Positions 33,662 through 48,516 of a stretch of 64,000 bases of DNA are shown here, piece after piece. Source of the DNA: Octopus bimaculoides. Taxonomy: Eukaryota. Position numbers and translations under genes: made by a program. The notes under the pieces were generated by a model. That model had not been told where the DNA came from. It was given only the letters and a program-made list of their open reading frames with translations, and searched no databases. The DNA lies in contig NC_068982.1 in NCBI RefSeq assembly GCF_001194135.2, forward strand, positions 56,492,575 to 56,556,574, read 5' to 3'. The stretch's first letter is position 1; each line of letters opens with the position of its first letter.

Positions 33662-36600
33662 ATTAATTATAAATTATTTTGTAGACAGATCACACAGAAT
33701 AGAAATCTGCCGATCATGACATCAGAGTGAGAGAGAGAGAAAGCGTAAAGCAAGGAACGAACATAGAAATACCATGAAGAATGAACTACATGCGCGCTCC
33801 CGTACCGTACAAACCACACACACACACACACAAGCGGTGTTCATTGCTAAAAGACAAAAAGTCTCCTCTTTTAATTACATACAGTAGTTCAACAATGACA
33901 AGACCTTCCCTTCCAAAATAGATATTTAATTACTCCAAACATGTTGTAAGAGAGCGCATTACACATCAACCAAAACGACATCATCACCAGTATGATTAAT
34001 AATTCTTCTAGCATCATCACCATTACCAGCATCAACTTCATCATTATGTAAGATGAATAACTTTATTTCCTTCACATAGTAACTATCTTTCTTTCTTATT
34101 TTTTTGTAGTTTTTTTTTTTTTTGGTTTTTGGTTACTGCTTGTTTGTGCTTAATTTATTATTATTTTTTTGCGTTCTTTCTAAAAATAAAAACAAACCAT
34201 CTCACACTAAATGTAGTATCCTATATACAGCCACAGGTTATACATAAGAAACTACGAGAATTGGTGGCGGGGAGTAATAATAACATGTAATGATTAGGGC
34301 TATATAACCATACACACACATGTTTCCTATCTTACCTCCGTCTGGCCCCTCAACCACCGCTCTAACCTCAACTTAAAGTAGAAAACTAAAAATATACGAA
34401 ATAAAATAAATGAATGAATAGAAAAAAAACAAAAAAAACAAATATATCAAGACCAAAAAACGAAACATTATTTTCATATCAGCTACATATCCAGAGGTTA
34501 GAATCAATTTTGCTTGTTTTCTTTTATTTTTTGTATTTATTAATTCCATTATCATCATCATCATCACCATTATTATTATTATTATTACTACATTTTAACG
34601 CTGATAAGTCTGTAAGGGTTTTATATACAGGAAATTGCAGTCAGCGGTGTGAGTGTCTTTGTGCCGTTACCCACCCGTCGTGAAAACACCTAGCCACCAA
34701 CAGCAGCAGCAGCACCCAACACCACCACAACCACCAACAGCAGCCTCAACCATCATCACCATCATAAACAACCACTACAAACAGCGGATCGTGTATGTGT
34801 GTGTGCCATGGATAGACTGAAGGTTTTTACAGCAGAGGAAATTACGGCATTTCCAACATGTCGAATGCAATGTTTCGTTTCAAAACCATTATTAATACAA
34901 GCTAGTCGAATGTAATGACAAACAATAGCCGACGGGTGGTATAGATGGCGGCGGCGGCGGCGACGGTGGTGGTGGTGCACATGGCGGTGATAACATTGGA
35001 TATAACATAGNNNNNNNNNNNNNNNNNNNNNNNNNNNNNNNNNNNNNNNNNNNNNNNNNNNNNNNNNNNNNNNNNNNNNNNNNNNNNNNNNNNNNNNNNN
35101 NNNNNNNNNNNNNNNNNNNNNNNNNNNNNNNNNNNNNNNNNNNNNNNNNNNNNNNNNNNNNNNNNNNNNNNNNNNNNNNNNNNNNNNNNNNNNNNNNNNN
35201 NNNNNNNNNNNNNNNNNNNNNNNNNNNNNNNNNNNNNNNNNNNNNNNNNNNNNNNNNNNNNNNNNNNNNNNNNNNNNNNNNNNNNNNNNNNNNNNNNNNN
35301 NNNNNNNNNNNNNNNNNNNNNNNNNNNNNNNNNNNNNNNNNNNNNNNNNNNNNNNNNNNNNNNNNNNNNNNNNNNNNNNNNNNNNNNATATATATATATA
35401 TACACACACACACATATATCACAATATAACATTAACCTTCCGCATCGAGCTAATGTGGAAACAACCTCTACGCAGCCTCGCCCTACTGGAAACAACAGTC
35501 AGTTCTGCCTCATACAGCACACACATAGTTGCACAATTGTGTTGGGGGAAAAGAGGAATATACAAATAATGTGAGGCGAAATGGTAAAAACATGATAATC
35601 AGAGCTTGAGCACTGACAAGAAATACAATCATACATCGTTAGAACTAATATATCATCACCATCATTGTTTTATCGTCCATTTTTACATGACTTCCATTGT
35701 CGGATGAGATACGTGGAAAAAAAAAAATTTAAAGAACGGATACGCTTCCTATCGCCAACTCTCACTTGTATCCGAGCAAGGTAATACTCCCCCTATGGCA
35801 GCCTATGTTTTCACGGAAGACTAGAAAGGAGACACCATTTCTACCAAGGTGACGCTCATTCTTTTATTATATGTATGGATATTGCGTGATGTCTATGCAT
35901 GTAGACACTAACACTCACAGATATACTTACATAATACGGGTTTCTTTCAGTTTTTGTCAACCAAATCCACTTAGAAGGCTTTATTCAACCGAGGGTATAT
36001 AACAGAAGACGCTTAATGAAATGGGACTGAACCCGAGACTACATGCTTGAAAAACTAACTTAACTATTTCCATATGCATTGATTACAAATAGTTTTGCAA
36101 TGGAGAGTAGAAAGTTTCGTTGAAGAGGTCTTACAAGGCTGAAACATCTGCTTTCACGAAAGACTGCATTTACTATATTTTCCAAAATTCCTTGTTAACT
36201 GTGATAATCGCAACAACGAGGGCAACGGCACCAGGAAGCCACTTTTTACGTGAAAATGAAGTATTTTAACGTGAATATATTATTTGCGCACTCCGAGAAT
36301 TTCCTAGAGAACTATTGGGTTAATGGCTAATAAGCTTTACACTGCAACGACTAAGAAAGAATAGAAAAAACGTTGCTAAGCTGTTACAAGAGAGAACCTT
36401 CAACAGGCACAACTAAAACCTATTGTTGCGTAGTTGAACAGCAAGTCATGCTCTGATTGAGTAGAGCTTGATGAAAAGCGTCTTCCAGGCATAAACCATT
36501 CCGCTTCTTACAGAGCTAGAACACAATGCGTTGTTCTGGCTCTGTACACAATTGCAAATACCGCCGACATCAACTTTGCATTGTATTCTTTGGAGAAGGA

Positions 36601-37336
36601 TAAAATAAAGCATCGCCACCACCAATCCAGGGCGGAGAAGTGTTAGAACGCGCTAACCATTCCACTGAGTTCTTGAATGGTAAAACAATTTATCGGCTCG
36701 TTTAACACGGCCACTGACCTTGGGGCGCCTTTAGCGAAAATCACTTTATTCCAAGCTTTTAGGACGCATCTCCCATTTTGAAGTGCTTCTCACTAGCCTC
36801 AGAAGCCTTATACATACATACATACATACATACATACATACATACATCTAGCTACTGTCGATGGTGCTGGAGTCGATTGGGGAGCTGGCGGACGACTTAA
36901 CAGGTCAAACTCTAGTACGCTGCCCCTAAACACAGATTTAGATGTAACCTTCTATATATATATATATATTTAAGGTGAATGTGGAAACAGCACGGAAGTA
37001 TATTTAATTATTGTTTTTTACTTTTCCCTTTTTTAATCAGACAGGATAAGTATTTTTACATTTGTCGCATTAAGTGACGTTTATAAAATATAACCGGTTT
37101 CGATTAGTATGCCCATCTTATCAAATATTAAAAATTCGAAGTCAAAGATTAGGAAATAAGGAAAAAAATTAGACCTTAAAAGTCTGTTCCCNNNNNNNNN
37201 NNNNNNNNNNNNNNNNNNNNNNNNNNNNNNNNNNNNNNNNNNNNNNNNNNNNNNNNNNNNNNNNNNNNNNNNNNNNNNNNNNNNNNNNNNNNNNNNNNNN
37301 NNNNNNNNNNNNNNNAAAAAAAACAAAAATCCAATA

Positions 37337-37711
37337 TGTTGTTGGCACTCCGTCGGTTACGACGTCGAGGGTTCCAGTTGATCCGATCAACGGAACAGCC
37401 TGCTCGTGAAATTAACGTGCAAGTGGCTGAGCACTCCACAGACACGTGTACCCTTAATGTAGTTCTCGGGGATGTTCAGCGTGACACAGTGTGGCAAGGC
37501 TGTCCCTTTGAATTACAGGCACAACCGAAACAGGAAGTAAGAGTGAGAGAAAGTTATGATGAAAGAGTACAGCAGGGTTCGCCACCATCCCCTGCTGGAG
37601 CTTCGTGGAGCTTTAGGTGTTTTCGCTCAATAAACACTCACAACGCCCGGTCTGGCAATCGAAACCGCGATCCTATGACCGCGATTCCGCTGCCCTAACC
37701 ATTGGGCCTCC
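37337..37711 (-). mobile_element. SINE family C
   Basis: Reverse complement of 19885-20267 at high identity. Confidence 0.9.
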
Positions 37712-40563
37712 ACTATTATCCAATATATCCTTCTTTTAAAGTAACAAAAATAATTTGATGGAAATTTGGTTACTATTCCAAGCTAATCGAGTGTCTACCT
37801 TGTGGCCTACTTCCACTATAGCTCCGTTAAAAAGTATTTGTTTGGCACAGTGGTGGATGACAAGAGATCTTCGTTTTGCTTTATTTATCCCTGAAGTGTG
37901 CAGTCAAGTGTCTGTTGGGAGGTCGAGTTGACACGCACTGAAGAGTCTCCGAGTTAAATTACGATCAAAGCGAGATCTCTAACCTTCTTTTACTTGATTC
38001 GTTTTATGGAAAACAAAAATATTTATTTCCAAAAAAGACTAATTATCTTGCACAACGTCACCAGCCACCATCAACACTGTAACAATAAGAAAGTTGATGA
38101 GCGTGTCAGCTTGCATCGAGCGTTAGTGAAAAAGTGCGATGATCCCTAGTGCAGGTGGTGTCAACGAGGGGACCTAGGAGAGTAAAGGAACCAGACAGTA
38201 ATAAACCGGTCAAAAATAATTACTACAAACTTGAAAAAGGTTTTGTAATAGAAAAAAAAAAGGTAAAAAATAAAAAGAAAGTTGTGTGGTAGGGATAAGG
38301 GGTAAAGAATTTAATTAACTGGAATCAACCTAAATTAAATCCCATGATAAAACGGAAACCGATGATAGTTTTAATGTTGGTTAGTTTACAGTAACGGCTA
38401 ATATTAATTAATACACGAATCAAAGAGTGAGTGTCTATACTGAGTCATTCCATCGGCTAGAAACTGCAGTTCAAATTAACCTAAAACGTACTCCGTTTTT
38501 TTTTCTTTTTAAGGAAGGACACATTAGATAATGTAATAAATATATCATATATGAATATAAAAAAAGCGGGATGGTCTCGGCTGGAATGCCTATCTGTTAT
38601 TAGACCTATCCGATGGGGGGGGGGGGGAGAAGAAAAGGATCTTCGTCGGTTTTGACGATCACAAGTTGTTCGATCGGCTAAACAACCTAGTCATTGAATT
38701 AATGTAGATGTGGCCGAATATTCCACAGACACAAGTACTCTAGATATAATTCTCAGATGGAGTCAGCGTCATACAGAATATGAGAAGGCTAGATGCAATC
38801 CATTTGATGAACGTCTACACAGTTTCCGTCCCAAGTTCACTCACAAGAGACGTGGGCCAATCAAAGACTGTAATGAAAAACATTGCCCAAAATGCTACGT
38901 AGTGGTATCGAATAAAGAACCTCTTGATAGCAGACTGAACTTCTTGACTATTCGGCCATGCAACATCAATTCAGTAAAGGCTTTAATCAATGGCAGATCT
39001 TGGTAGATCGATGTAATTTATTACACATCGAGTTCGAATCGAAGAGAGGGTAATTCTACCTTTCATTTCCAGAAATCGATTAAATAAACACCGATCAAGA
39101 ATTGGAATAAATAAACTCCTTGTGCCCTCTTTCGTCAGATTCGTGGCCATTTGCCAATTATAGAAATCTAAGATCGATGATAAATAGACAACTGAAATAT
39201 TGGGGCCAGTTTAGTCGACAGCCTGTGCCTATCTATATTAGGGATCAAAGGGAGAAAATATCTATTGCACATAAATACCACAGAATATAAACATTGAGGT
39301 TCATTTAACTCGATATCAGACTCCACTTATTATTGTCGATACGGAGGACGGACAAACCTATGATCAGAGACGTTCAGGTATTGACCATCTCGTGTTTCCT
39401 TCTAGGATTACATTAACTAATGTGTCTTTCGTCATAAGACAATAGGGTGTATTTAAAGGAGATATATCTGGTTGCTGCTTGTCGCAGCTAAAGCGACCAC
39501 GAAAAAGACTACTGCACTAGCTGATCATCTAGTTGACTGGTTGCCGTCTTTTGGCTCCAGAGCAGCGTTACGATCGAAGTCCTTCTAATCACAGCCATTC
39601 CCTTATTCAAACTAAATTCGTTTGGTATTTCAAACAGATCGAGCGACTAAGTCGAAAGTCCATCTATGATTTGCCGTCAGTCTGATTTTGTCATTTCAGT
39701 TATTTCGAATAAAATTTCATTGATAGAAGACATATAAACACATGTATGGAAAGAGACAAATATAACTTGACGAGATATGAAGATAATTGCAATTCTATTT
39801 TAACATCTTTCAATTAAACCATGAAGAGGAGGAGGATGTAGGATATTGATGCGTATTACAAAGGTCAACGATCTGCAAAAGCACATACGAGGAATCAAGT
39901 TGTCGCTTTACATTAAGAGACAGAGCAGCCAAATCTCGTAAACCATATCCCGTTTGAAGTTGCTTTGTAGTATAAAGATGAAGCATCAAAGAAGTCAGTA
40001 AGTTGTTACACGGCTTTTAGAGGGGGGAAGAAAAGCATCTCGTAAGCAACATCCAACTGTTTTAGCAAAAAAAAAAAAATAAATAAATAAATAAAATTAA
40101 GGGGAAAACGGACGGATACGTTGAGTAATGGACTCCGGGTAACTGCGCCATCGCTGACAAATAGTCATAGTTTGAAGACCTTTGACCATAAGGTCGGCCA
40201 TATTTCACATGAACAACATGNNNNNNNNNNNNNNNNNNNNNNNNNNNNNNNNNNNNNNNNNNNNNNNNNNNNNNNNNNNNNNNNNNNNNNNNNNNNNNNN
40301 NNNNNNNNNNNNNNNNNNNNNNNNNNNNNNNNNNNNNNNNNNNNNNNNNNNNNNNNNNNNNNNNNNNNNNNNNNNNNNNNNNNNNNNNNNNNNNNNNNNN
40401 NNNNNNNNNNNNNNNNNNNNNNNNNNNNNNNNNNNNNNNNNNNNNNNNNNNNNNNNNNNNNNNNNNNNNNNNNNNNNNNNNNNNNNNNNNNNNNNNNNNN
40501 NNNNNNNNNNNNNNNNNNNNNNNNNNNNNNNNNNNNNNNNNNNNNNNNNNNNNNNNNNNNNNN

Positions 40564-40604
<41 letters not shown>

Positions 40605-41213
40605 ACAAAAACAATAGCAGAGGAAACCTTTACTAAAACACGCCACCCACTTTCAGGTCTAATTCACTAAAATAACAATGACTAGATTGAATACAGACCA
40701 GAAATTTCCGAAGCTTACTGATTGTTCGAGAAAACGTGAGTGGAGTAGCGGGAGTGGAGAAGAAGAAAGTGGAGGGAAAAGATGAGGCAGGAAAACATGG
40801 CGACGGTCTGTTTTGTTAAGGAAATTTAAGATGAAAAAAAAGGTAAGGCAGTCAAAACCACACTTCCGGTTTGCTTGGCAGTGAGTAACTAATCCGCTGT
40901 GGCTAGCTAGCTAAGCAGGATTATATTGTAAAAGACAGTATAGGTAGGTAACCTGTATATGAATGAATGAATGTGTACTTATGCGTTGGTGCGTTGCTCG
41001 AAAGTATGCGCGCATATATATGCGTGCTGGTGAGTTTTGTATGTGTGAGAGAAAAAGTAGAACAAATTGATACGGAAGATATGCTAAGAAAACTAGCAGA
41101 CCAAGTAGATAAGGAAGATGTATGCTAATACGTGTTACTATGGTAAAGTGCAACTGAAAAGGAAGAAGGCCCATCAACTTATAAAAACAACTCACTGTTG
41201 AAACAAAGTCCCG

Positions 41214-41290
<77 letters not shown>

Positions 41291-41409
41291 NNNNNNNNNN
41301 NNNNNNNNNNNNNNNNNNNNNNNNNNNNNNNNNNNNNNNNNNNNNNNNNNNNNNNNNNNNNNNNNNNNNNNNNNNNNNNNNNNNNNNNNNNNNNNNNNNN
41401 NNNNNNNNN

Positions 41410-41493
<84 letters not shown>

Positions 41494-41701
41494 ATCTCAT
41501 TGTCTATTTCTTTCAGTCAAATCGTCTTTCCCAACTGCGTATTGTTCTATTCGAAAACCAAAGCAGCATGGAACAGTTCAATGGTTTAAAATTTTCTTTT
41601 TACAACCTCATTAAAAAGAAAAAGTGAATAAATGCTGAACCACTAAAAGAGTAGTTCTCTAATCAATCAACCACTCAACCAATCTGTGTCTATCCACATT
41701 C

Positions 41702-41736
<35 letters not shown>

Positions 41737-41789
41737 AAATATATGCATACACACATGTTTATGCACATAATTATATAGATATACACAAT

Positions 41790-42075
41790 AAGTGTAAATA
41801 TATATATAATAATAATAATGCAAATAATATGTGAGTATATGCATATAAACGTACATGTATATACATACATACATCCACATGTATATATAGATGCATATCT
41901 GGGTACAGGACGTTACAAAAAAAACGTGGACAAAATGAAAAACAGAACAAAACAGAGTACAGAAAACACACAGGCCACATAGAGAACATTTCCTTCATCA
42001 GCTGCCACCATTCTAAACTAAGCGTTTCGAAGAGTTAGGGCAGGACATATGTATTATGCAAATAATACGTATTAG
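41790..42075 (-). mobile_element. dispersed repeat with cgaaacg...ctgatgaagg motif
   Basis: Minus strand ctcttcgaaacgcttagtttagaatggtggcagctgatgaaggaaatg; homologous to 5130 and 46020. Confidence 0.65.
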
Positions 42076-43873
42076 CCCGCATAGATACGCATGAAGAATT
42101 ATATTTACAATCAGATATGTAATTTAGGAAGGACACCCACTACCACTATTTACATCTATATCAGGGTTTCGTGCCTTTTAACCTTTTGTTGTATCTTAGA
42201 GACCATTGGTGGCTGTGATGGAAAACATGACATAAATTACCGATTGTAAGGAAGCAGCCACAACCCCTGGGGAGGCCTAGTTCATACATTTGTAACAAAG
42301 TGGACACTGCTAATGGCACCTAAGGGCCAGGTGGTGGATAGAACCCTGACGATAAATTAAATCCATCAGCCAATACGAAATACAGTCTATCCATCTGGTT
42401 ACCGCATAAGGAGACCCGTGTCCGGCTTTAATGACTGTACATGTAACCTTCAAGTTGTATTTCTAAATTTTCTTAAAATTATGCACAACAAATCACTCGA
42501 AAAACAGTAAGTAAAAATAACATAATTCTAAAAGGTCTTTTAATGTGAGCGCAAAAAGTTTTCAAGATGAAATCTGATATTTTTAATTGAAGAAACCTGA
42601 GCGCTGGTTACTCCCATGGATGCACACATACTCTGTAAAATAAATAAAAAAAAGAGGGAGAGAGAGAGAGAGAGAAAGAGAAAGAAAAGGAGAGAGAGAG
42701 AGAGTTTGCACACAAGAAAATTGCGTACACCACAGCAACAAAAAGAAAAAGAAGAAAAAAAGGAAATCAGGAGAGGAATGCCCCGAGTCATTGGGTGTTT
42801 CGGGCCTTCAATGATACTCAGACATCCTCACACTGGCAACTCAGTCGGAGATGATCAAGCCTTCAAGCGTATAATCAATTCCATCGACTTCACTGCTTTG
42901 CTATTTATTATATCGACCCGAGAAAGATGAAAAGAAAATGATCCCTAGATGGGATCTGAATCCACAAAGCGTTCGTCCGACGCTCTACCGATTTTTCCAG
43001 CCCATCTCTTTCTCTCTCCGACCTTCACTCACGCGCGTGATAAAATATTTAGACGCATGTGATCTTAATTCATGTGTATGTATACTCATGGAAAAAATTA
43101 TTAAAAAAAAAAACAACTTCCAAGCCCACTGTGTGTGCGTGTGTGTGTTTGTTGTGTATGGAGAGTGGGTATGTGTATGTATGTACGTACGTACGCTCAT
43201 GTTGCATATGTTTGAACTCAAATCAGCAGAAAAGGTCTAACAACCCATTAAGAATGTTTATACTTTCATAATATAAACTAAGTTGATAACTAATTGGAAT
43301 ATGGTGTACCAAACATACACCATAGAAAAACTAGAGCGAGTGGGAGAGAGAAACAGAAGCACACATCCGTACATGTACACATACACCCACACACACATCT
43401 AATTAATGGCTTGTTAGTGAAGATGTCTTAATGAAATTATCAGTGCCCTCAACAGTAGGCTCAAATTCTCAGAGCAATTTTCTACACCTTCCCCTTTCTC
43501 TCAGTTACGAAACTGTCTCGAATTATTAGCGGAAGATGAAAGTGTGGAGCGGACGACTGGCAGTATTTAAGGGCTGGTTGGGTAAAATTAGTTAAATGGT
43601 TTAAAAGGGTACAGAATAATCGGGGAAGAGTAGGAGTGAGGGGTGAAGTAAGGTTAGGTATGGAAGGGTGAAATATAAAAAAAAAATGACCATGAACCTG
43701 AAACTAAAGCCAACAATGGAATACACGCACACACATACACACTCTCACATCATCCTAACCGGAATTGGAATTTGATAGGAATACATACAACGTATATACA
43801 CTAAAAAGAAAGAAAACGAGAAACGGATGTGCCTGTATATATCATCACTATATATATATATATNNNNNNNNNN

Positions 43874-43905
<32 letters not shown>

Positions 43906-44118
43906 CCACTATCTGTCATTGTAAGTATACACACGTATACACGAGAGAACATAACGGTGTTAGAGCAAGACTGCAGCAGCAGCAGCGACGGAGGTGTCTT
44001 TCACACACACACAAACCATAAATGTTTTTACTATACTTCCATCACACACTCAAACCAAATGAAGTCCTATCAAGGTTGTTCCACATGCTAGAAATAGTAG
44101 CCAAATGTTCCCTTAAAT

Positions 44119-44352
44119 CAGTAGTTCTCAACCATTCTTTTTTACTTATGGATCCTTTTAATTCTTATTTTACTCTACTGGACCCTATTCGATATTTTTA
44201 TAAAATCCCATTATATTATTATAAATAAATATTATTAGAAACCGTATTAAAAACGTGTTTTCTGTGTTGTAGAAGCATAACCAATTTAGCATAACCACAC
44301 AAAATTTTGTATGGACTCCCAAGGTCCCTTGGACCCCGGTTAAGAACCACTG
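44119..44352. mobile_element. hAT MITE (12770 family)
   Basis: cagtagttctcaacc / ggttaagaaccactg; flanks CCTTAAAT / CTTCAAAT (6/8). Confidence 0.75.
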
Positions 44353-44771
44353 CTTCAAATAATACCTTATTGATTTAAAGAACATATCCTAGAAGAATCA
44401 GAGGCGAAAATCAACTTAAAAAGTGGGATTTGAAATCAGAAGGCAAAATGACGTAACCAAATATTTGAAAGAATTTTGTCTGGCACCACTCTACTGATTC
44501 TACCAGCCACCACCGAACCAATATTCTGAGATAAAACGTTTCAAAGCTAAAACAATTCCCACCAAGAAAAACTTGCAACGGTGGAATTTATTCTATGGGT
44601 GTTGTTATTGTTTACCCGCGCCATCAATCTTTGTGCCAACGTACAGGCAACCCAAATCCTCTTTTATAACCAATAATGACATTAGGTGTGTCCGATGAGA
44701 TTCCAGTTTTTTAACCAAATTGACGCCCATAGACCTTTCTTTAAGGATCAGAAAAATAATTACCATTCTAC

Positions 44772-44806
<35 letters not shown>

Positions 44807-45143
44807 TCTTCCCTCCGCTAACTTTTCAGTTCTTGACTGCAGCTACGCAGGAGCATCGCTGCAAAGGGTTTTAGTCAAACAAATTGGCCCCAGTATTCTT
44901 AAAAAAAGCTTAGCAGTGATTCTATTGTTTTACAGAACCACAAAGTTACGGGGACGTAAACAAACCAACTCCGGTTGTCAAGCGGTGGTAGGGGACAAAC
45001 ACACATCTACACAAGACAGGTTTCATTTAGTTTCCGTCTATGAAATCCATTTGCCCAAAGTGCCACGCCGTGTTACTGGACCCGGAACCATGTTAGGAAA
45101 CAAGCTTCTTACCACACAGCCATACCCACACATAAAATATATA

Positions 45144-45357
45144 CTTTTCTACTCTGAGCACATGGCCCGAAATTTTTGGGGCGGAGGTCAGTCGATAAAA
45201 TCCACCCCAATACGCAACTGGTACTTAATTTATCGATCCAGAAAGGATGATAGGCAAAATCGACCCCGGCGGAATTTGAACTCAGAACGTAAAGACAGAC
45301 GAAATACCGGTAAGCATTTCGCCCGACGCGCTAACGTTTCTGCCAGCTCACCGCCTT
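45144..45357 (-). mobile_element. SINE family B, full length
   Basis: Matches 21669-21884 and 63716-63917. Confidence 0.85.
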
Positions 45358-46019
45358 GGTACCTACAATATATATATATAGAAATAATAACAGAAGTGTC
45401 TTAGATATTATGCCAGCATCTTGTTGATTATTGGCAACACTGTTGTTTTAGTACAGAGTGAAACTCTTGAGGGGATGAGAAAAATTCGAGTATTTAAGAA
45501 ATTAATCTTTTGCATGTCCTATTTATCAGATGCGATACGCAGGACGTATTTCTTTGTCGTCCATGCATCATATATGGTACCCATTCCCAATTTTTTTTTT
45601 CATTCATCAGAGTAACTAAGGACTTATGAGAAGGAAGCTTTATATTACTTAGAGTGTATGAAACAAGGACTAACTAAAATTCTAAAAAACAAGCCTGGGC
45701 ATTTAGGATAAATTAATGAAAATAATTTGGAGAGGCAAAGGATTAAAGAATTGACCAGTCACAGAACTAGATTGGAGATATAAGCCCAAATCGGCTTATT
45801 ATACAAGCATCAATTAGATCTTGTTCGGTTTCAGCACTTATAGATTTTGCCTTTATATATATATATATATCGTTCAATACATACACACTTCACGTCTGGC
45901 TGTACAGCCTTTTTGCTTGTTTGTTTATTCACCGTTTCGTTTTCCTGTCTTGTTTTCCGTCCGCCACTATCCTCCACGAAAATGATTTAATTTGTGTTCG
46001 TGGGAAGAACCATTTCAAC

Positions 46020-46240
46020 GATGCGTACTGCCTTAATTCTTCGAAACGCCGGTGTTTTAATGGTGGCAGCTGATGAAGGAGATGTTTCTATGTGGCTTGC
46101 TTGTTTGTTGTACCTTGTTTATCATTTTGTCCATGTTCTTTTGTCACGTCATGTACCCAGTTATGTATCTATGTGTACATGTAGATGAAGGTATGGACAT
46201 ACATGTACATATATATGCATATACTCATATATTGTTTATA
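46020..46240 (+). mobile_element. dispersed repeat with cgaaacg...ctgatgaagg motif
   Basis: ttcttcgaaacgccggtgttttaatggtggcagctgatgaaggagatg. Confidence 0.65.
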
Positions 46241-46852
46241 TATATATATATCAGAGAATAAAACAAAATTCGTAGCGCACACGTTGTGTGTGTGTCTGTG
46301 GATTGGTGTATATTTGTAAAATGAACACTCAGCGGCACACACAATACTCATGAAGTCGCAATATAATGGGGGCATCAACAGATGGCAATCAGCCAGACAC
46401 CTGATAATTAAATACGGGATAATTCTGCATGCGCTCTTGCACATGTCTGTGTCGATGCGTGCTTCGCTTGCGTAAGCGTTCGTATGTGTATCCCTTCCAT
46501 CAGGGGACTTTTGCTGAAAAGTAGTCAACTTAAGAGTGAGAAGGGGGAGGAAGACAAAACACTATGTACAATGGATTAAAGAAAAGCGAATGTTATAGAG
46601 AATAAGAATTAAACAGGATCGTGTGAGCTTTACATTTACATCGTCATAGGAACGTCAATTCATTTCTATACACACACACTCACCACCACCGTTTTTTTCT
46701 TCTTCTAGCACGGTTATGTAGGTAGTTTCTTGGAAACCTGAAGACAAACAGCAGTCTCTCAACGAAGCACTACCATAGCCTGTAGTCTAGGCATAAATAT
46801 AGAACTCCTTTAGAGGGCAACATTGATATTCGAGATAATCGTGTTAAATCGT

Positions 46853-47187
46853 GAAGGTGCATGGCTCAGTAGTTAGAGCGTCGGGCTCACAATCATGAGG
46901 TAGTGAGTTCAATTCCCGGACCGGGCTGCGTCGTGTTATTGAGCAAGACACTATTTCACGTTACTCCAGTTTACTCAGCCGTAGAAATGAGTCGCAACAT
47001 CACTGATGCCAAACTGTATCGGCCCTTCCCTTGGATAGCATCTGTCGCGTGGAGAGGAGAGTTTGGCATGCATGGGCGACTGCTGGTCTTCCATAAACAA
47101 CCTTGCACGGACTTGTGCTTCGGGGGGGGGGGGTAACTTTCTAGGTGCAATCCCATGGTCACTTTTGACCGAAGGGGGTCTTTACCT
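46853..47187 (+). mobile_element. SINE family E
   Basis: A-box tggctcagtagtt, B-box gagttcaattccc; homologous to 7971-8329. Confidence 0.85.
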
Positions 47188-47595
47188 TACCTTACGTGTT
47201 AAATCTTTGAAGCTGTTCCACGACAAGCAATCCAGCGAAATCGAACAAGCGAGGAAACTTCTTAGACAATAAGATAGTATGGATGTTTGCTTCGATCACA
47301 CACGAGGACAGACAGACATGAGTAACAAAGGTCATATTGGATGACCTAGTTCTGAACCAGACATGGACAAGCTGCGACCTGTGGGATATTCTCGTTGGCA
47401 ACGAAAAATTACTTTAAATTTCCTTTAGCAGAGCAGGGCCATGTCTCGCGCAGCCTGTTTCTCAGAAGAAAAAAAAGAAAAAAAACTCAGCTGCCCACGC
47501 CTGTTCTAAATACATAATCTCGGATTGAAAGCTTTAACAATAGGACAGCTTGCCTAGAGTTGACCTGGGGTTAAACAACAATAAGAACACATATA

Positions 47596-47789
47596 GGCGC
47601 AGGAGTGGCTGTGTGGTACATAGCTTGCTTACCAACCACCCAGTTCCGGGTTCAGTCCAACTGCGTGGCACCTTGGGCAAGTGCCTTCTACTATAGCCTC
47701 GGGCCGACCAAAGCCTTGTGAGTGGATTTGGTAGACGGAAAACTGAAGGAAGCCCGTCGCGTATATATATATATATATANNNNNNNNNN

Positions 47790-47868
<79 letters not shown>

Positions 47869-48124
47869 ATATATATATGTATGTGTTTGTGTGTGTGTTA
47901 TATATATATATATGTATGTGTTTGTGTGTGTATGTGTGTCCCACCATCGCTTCGCAACCGATGCTGGTGTTTATGTCCCAGTAACCAAGCGGTTCGGCAA
48001 AAGAGACTGATAGAATAAGTACTAGGCTTCCAAAGAATAAGTCCTGGGATCGATTTGCTCGACTAGAGGCGGTGCTCCAGCATGCCCGCAGTCAAATGAC
48101 TGAAACAAGTAAAAGAGAAAAGAG
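47596..48124 (+). mobile_element. SINE family A, near full length with internal (TA)n(TG)n
   Basis: Head ggcgcaggagtggctgtgtgg...gggttcagtcc; tail ggcggtgctccagcatg...gactgaaacaagtaaaaga. Confidence 0.9.
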
Positions 48125-48208
48125 AAATACCGGAAAATGCATACCTAACTACAACCAAGAAGTTTCATATATCATTTGGAACTCATGGAAACTAAAAAGA
48201 ACTAAAAA

Positions 48209-48516
48209 TTTACATTATTTACATTTGACGGATATTTGTCCTCATCTTGTTTGTTGTTAACACAACGTCGAACCTGGGTTCTCATTCCTAAGGTATTTTT
48301 CGATGTTGCTATTATTATTATTATTATTCAGGTCACAGCCTGGAATTGAACTCTGAATCTTGGGGTTAGTAGCCCGCGCTCTTAACCATTACGCCATATG
48401 AAGGCTGGAGGGTATATCAGCCGAAACGTTGTGTTAACAACAAACAAGATGGAGACAAATATCCGTCAAATGTAAATGATGTACATAATTCCTCATCTCT
48501 TAAATATAGAACTGTA
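48209..48516. mobile_element. second tRNA-hammerhead element locus: inverted pair
   Basis: 48209-48400 (-) has the tRNA head (A-box tggcgtaatgg, B-box gagttcaattcc) and tail with the hammerhead region deleted. 48398-48516 (+) starts inside the hammerhead core (atgaaggctg...cagccgaaacgttgtgt) and runs to agaactgta. Confidence 0.85.

Noticed and set aside
36851-36945. GC-richer patch open on both strands (VDGAGVDWGAGGRL...)
   Set aside because: No homology recognised and weak splice signals.
38710-39006. 98-aa ORF with C/H residues
   Set aside because: It begins in a decayed SINE C tail, and the C/H spacing fits no zinc-finger pattern.
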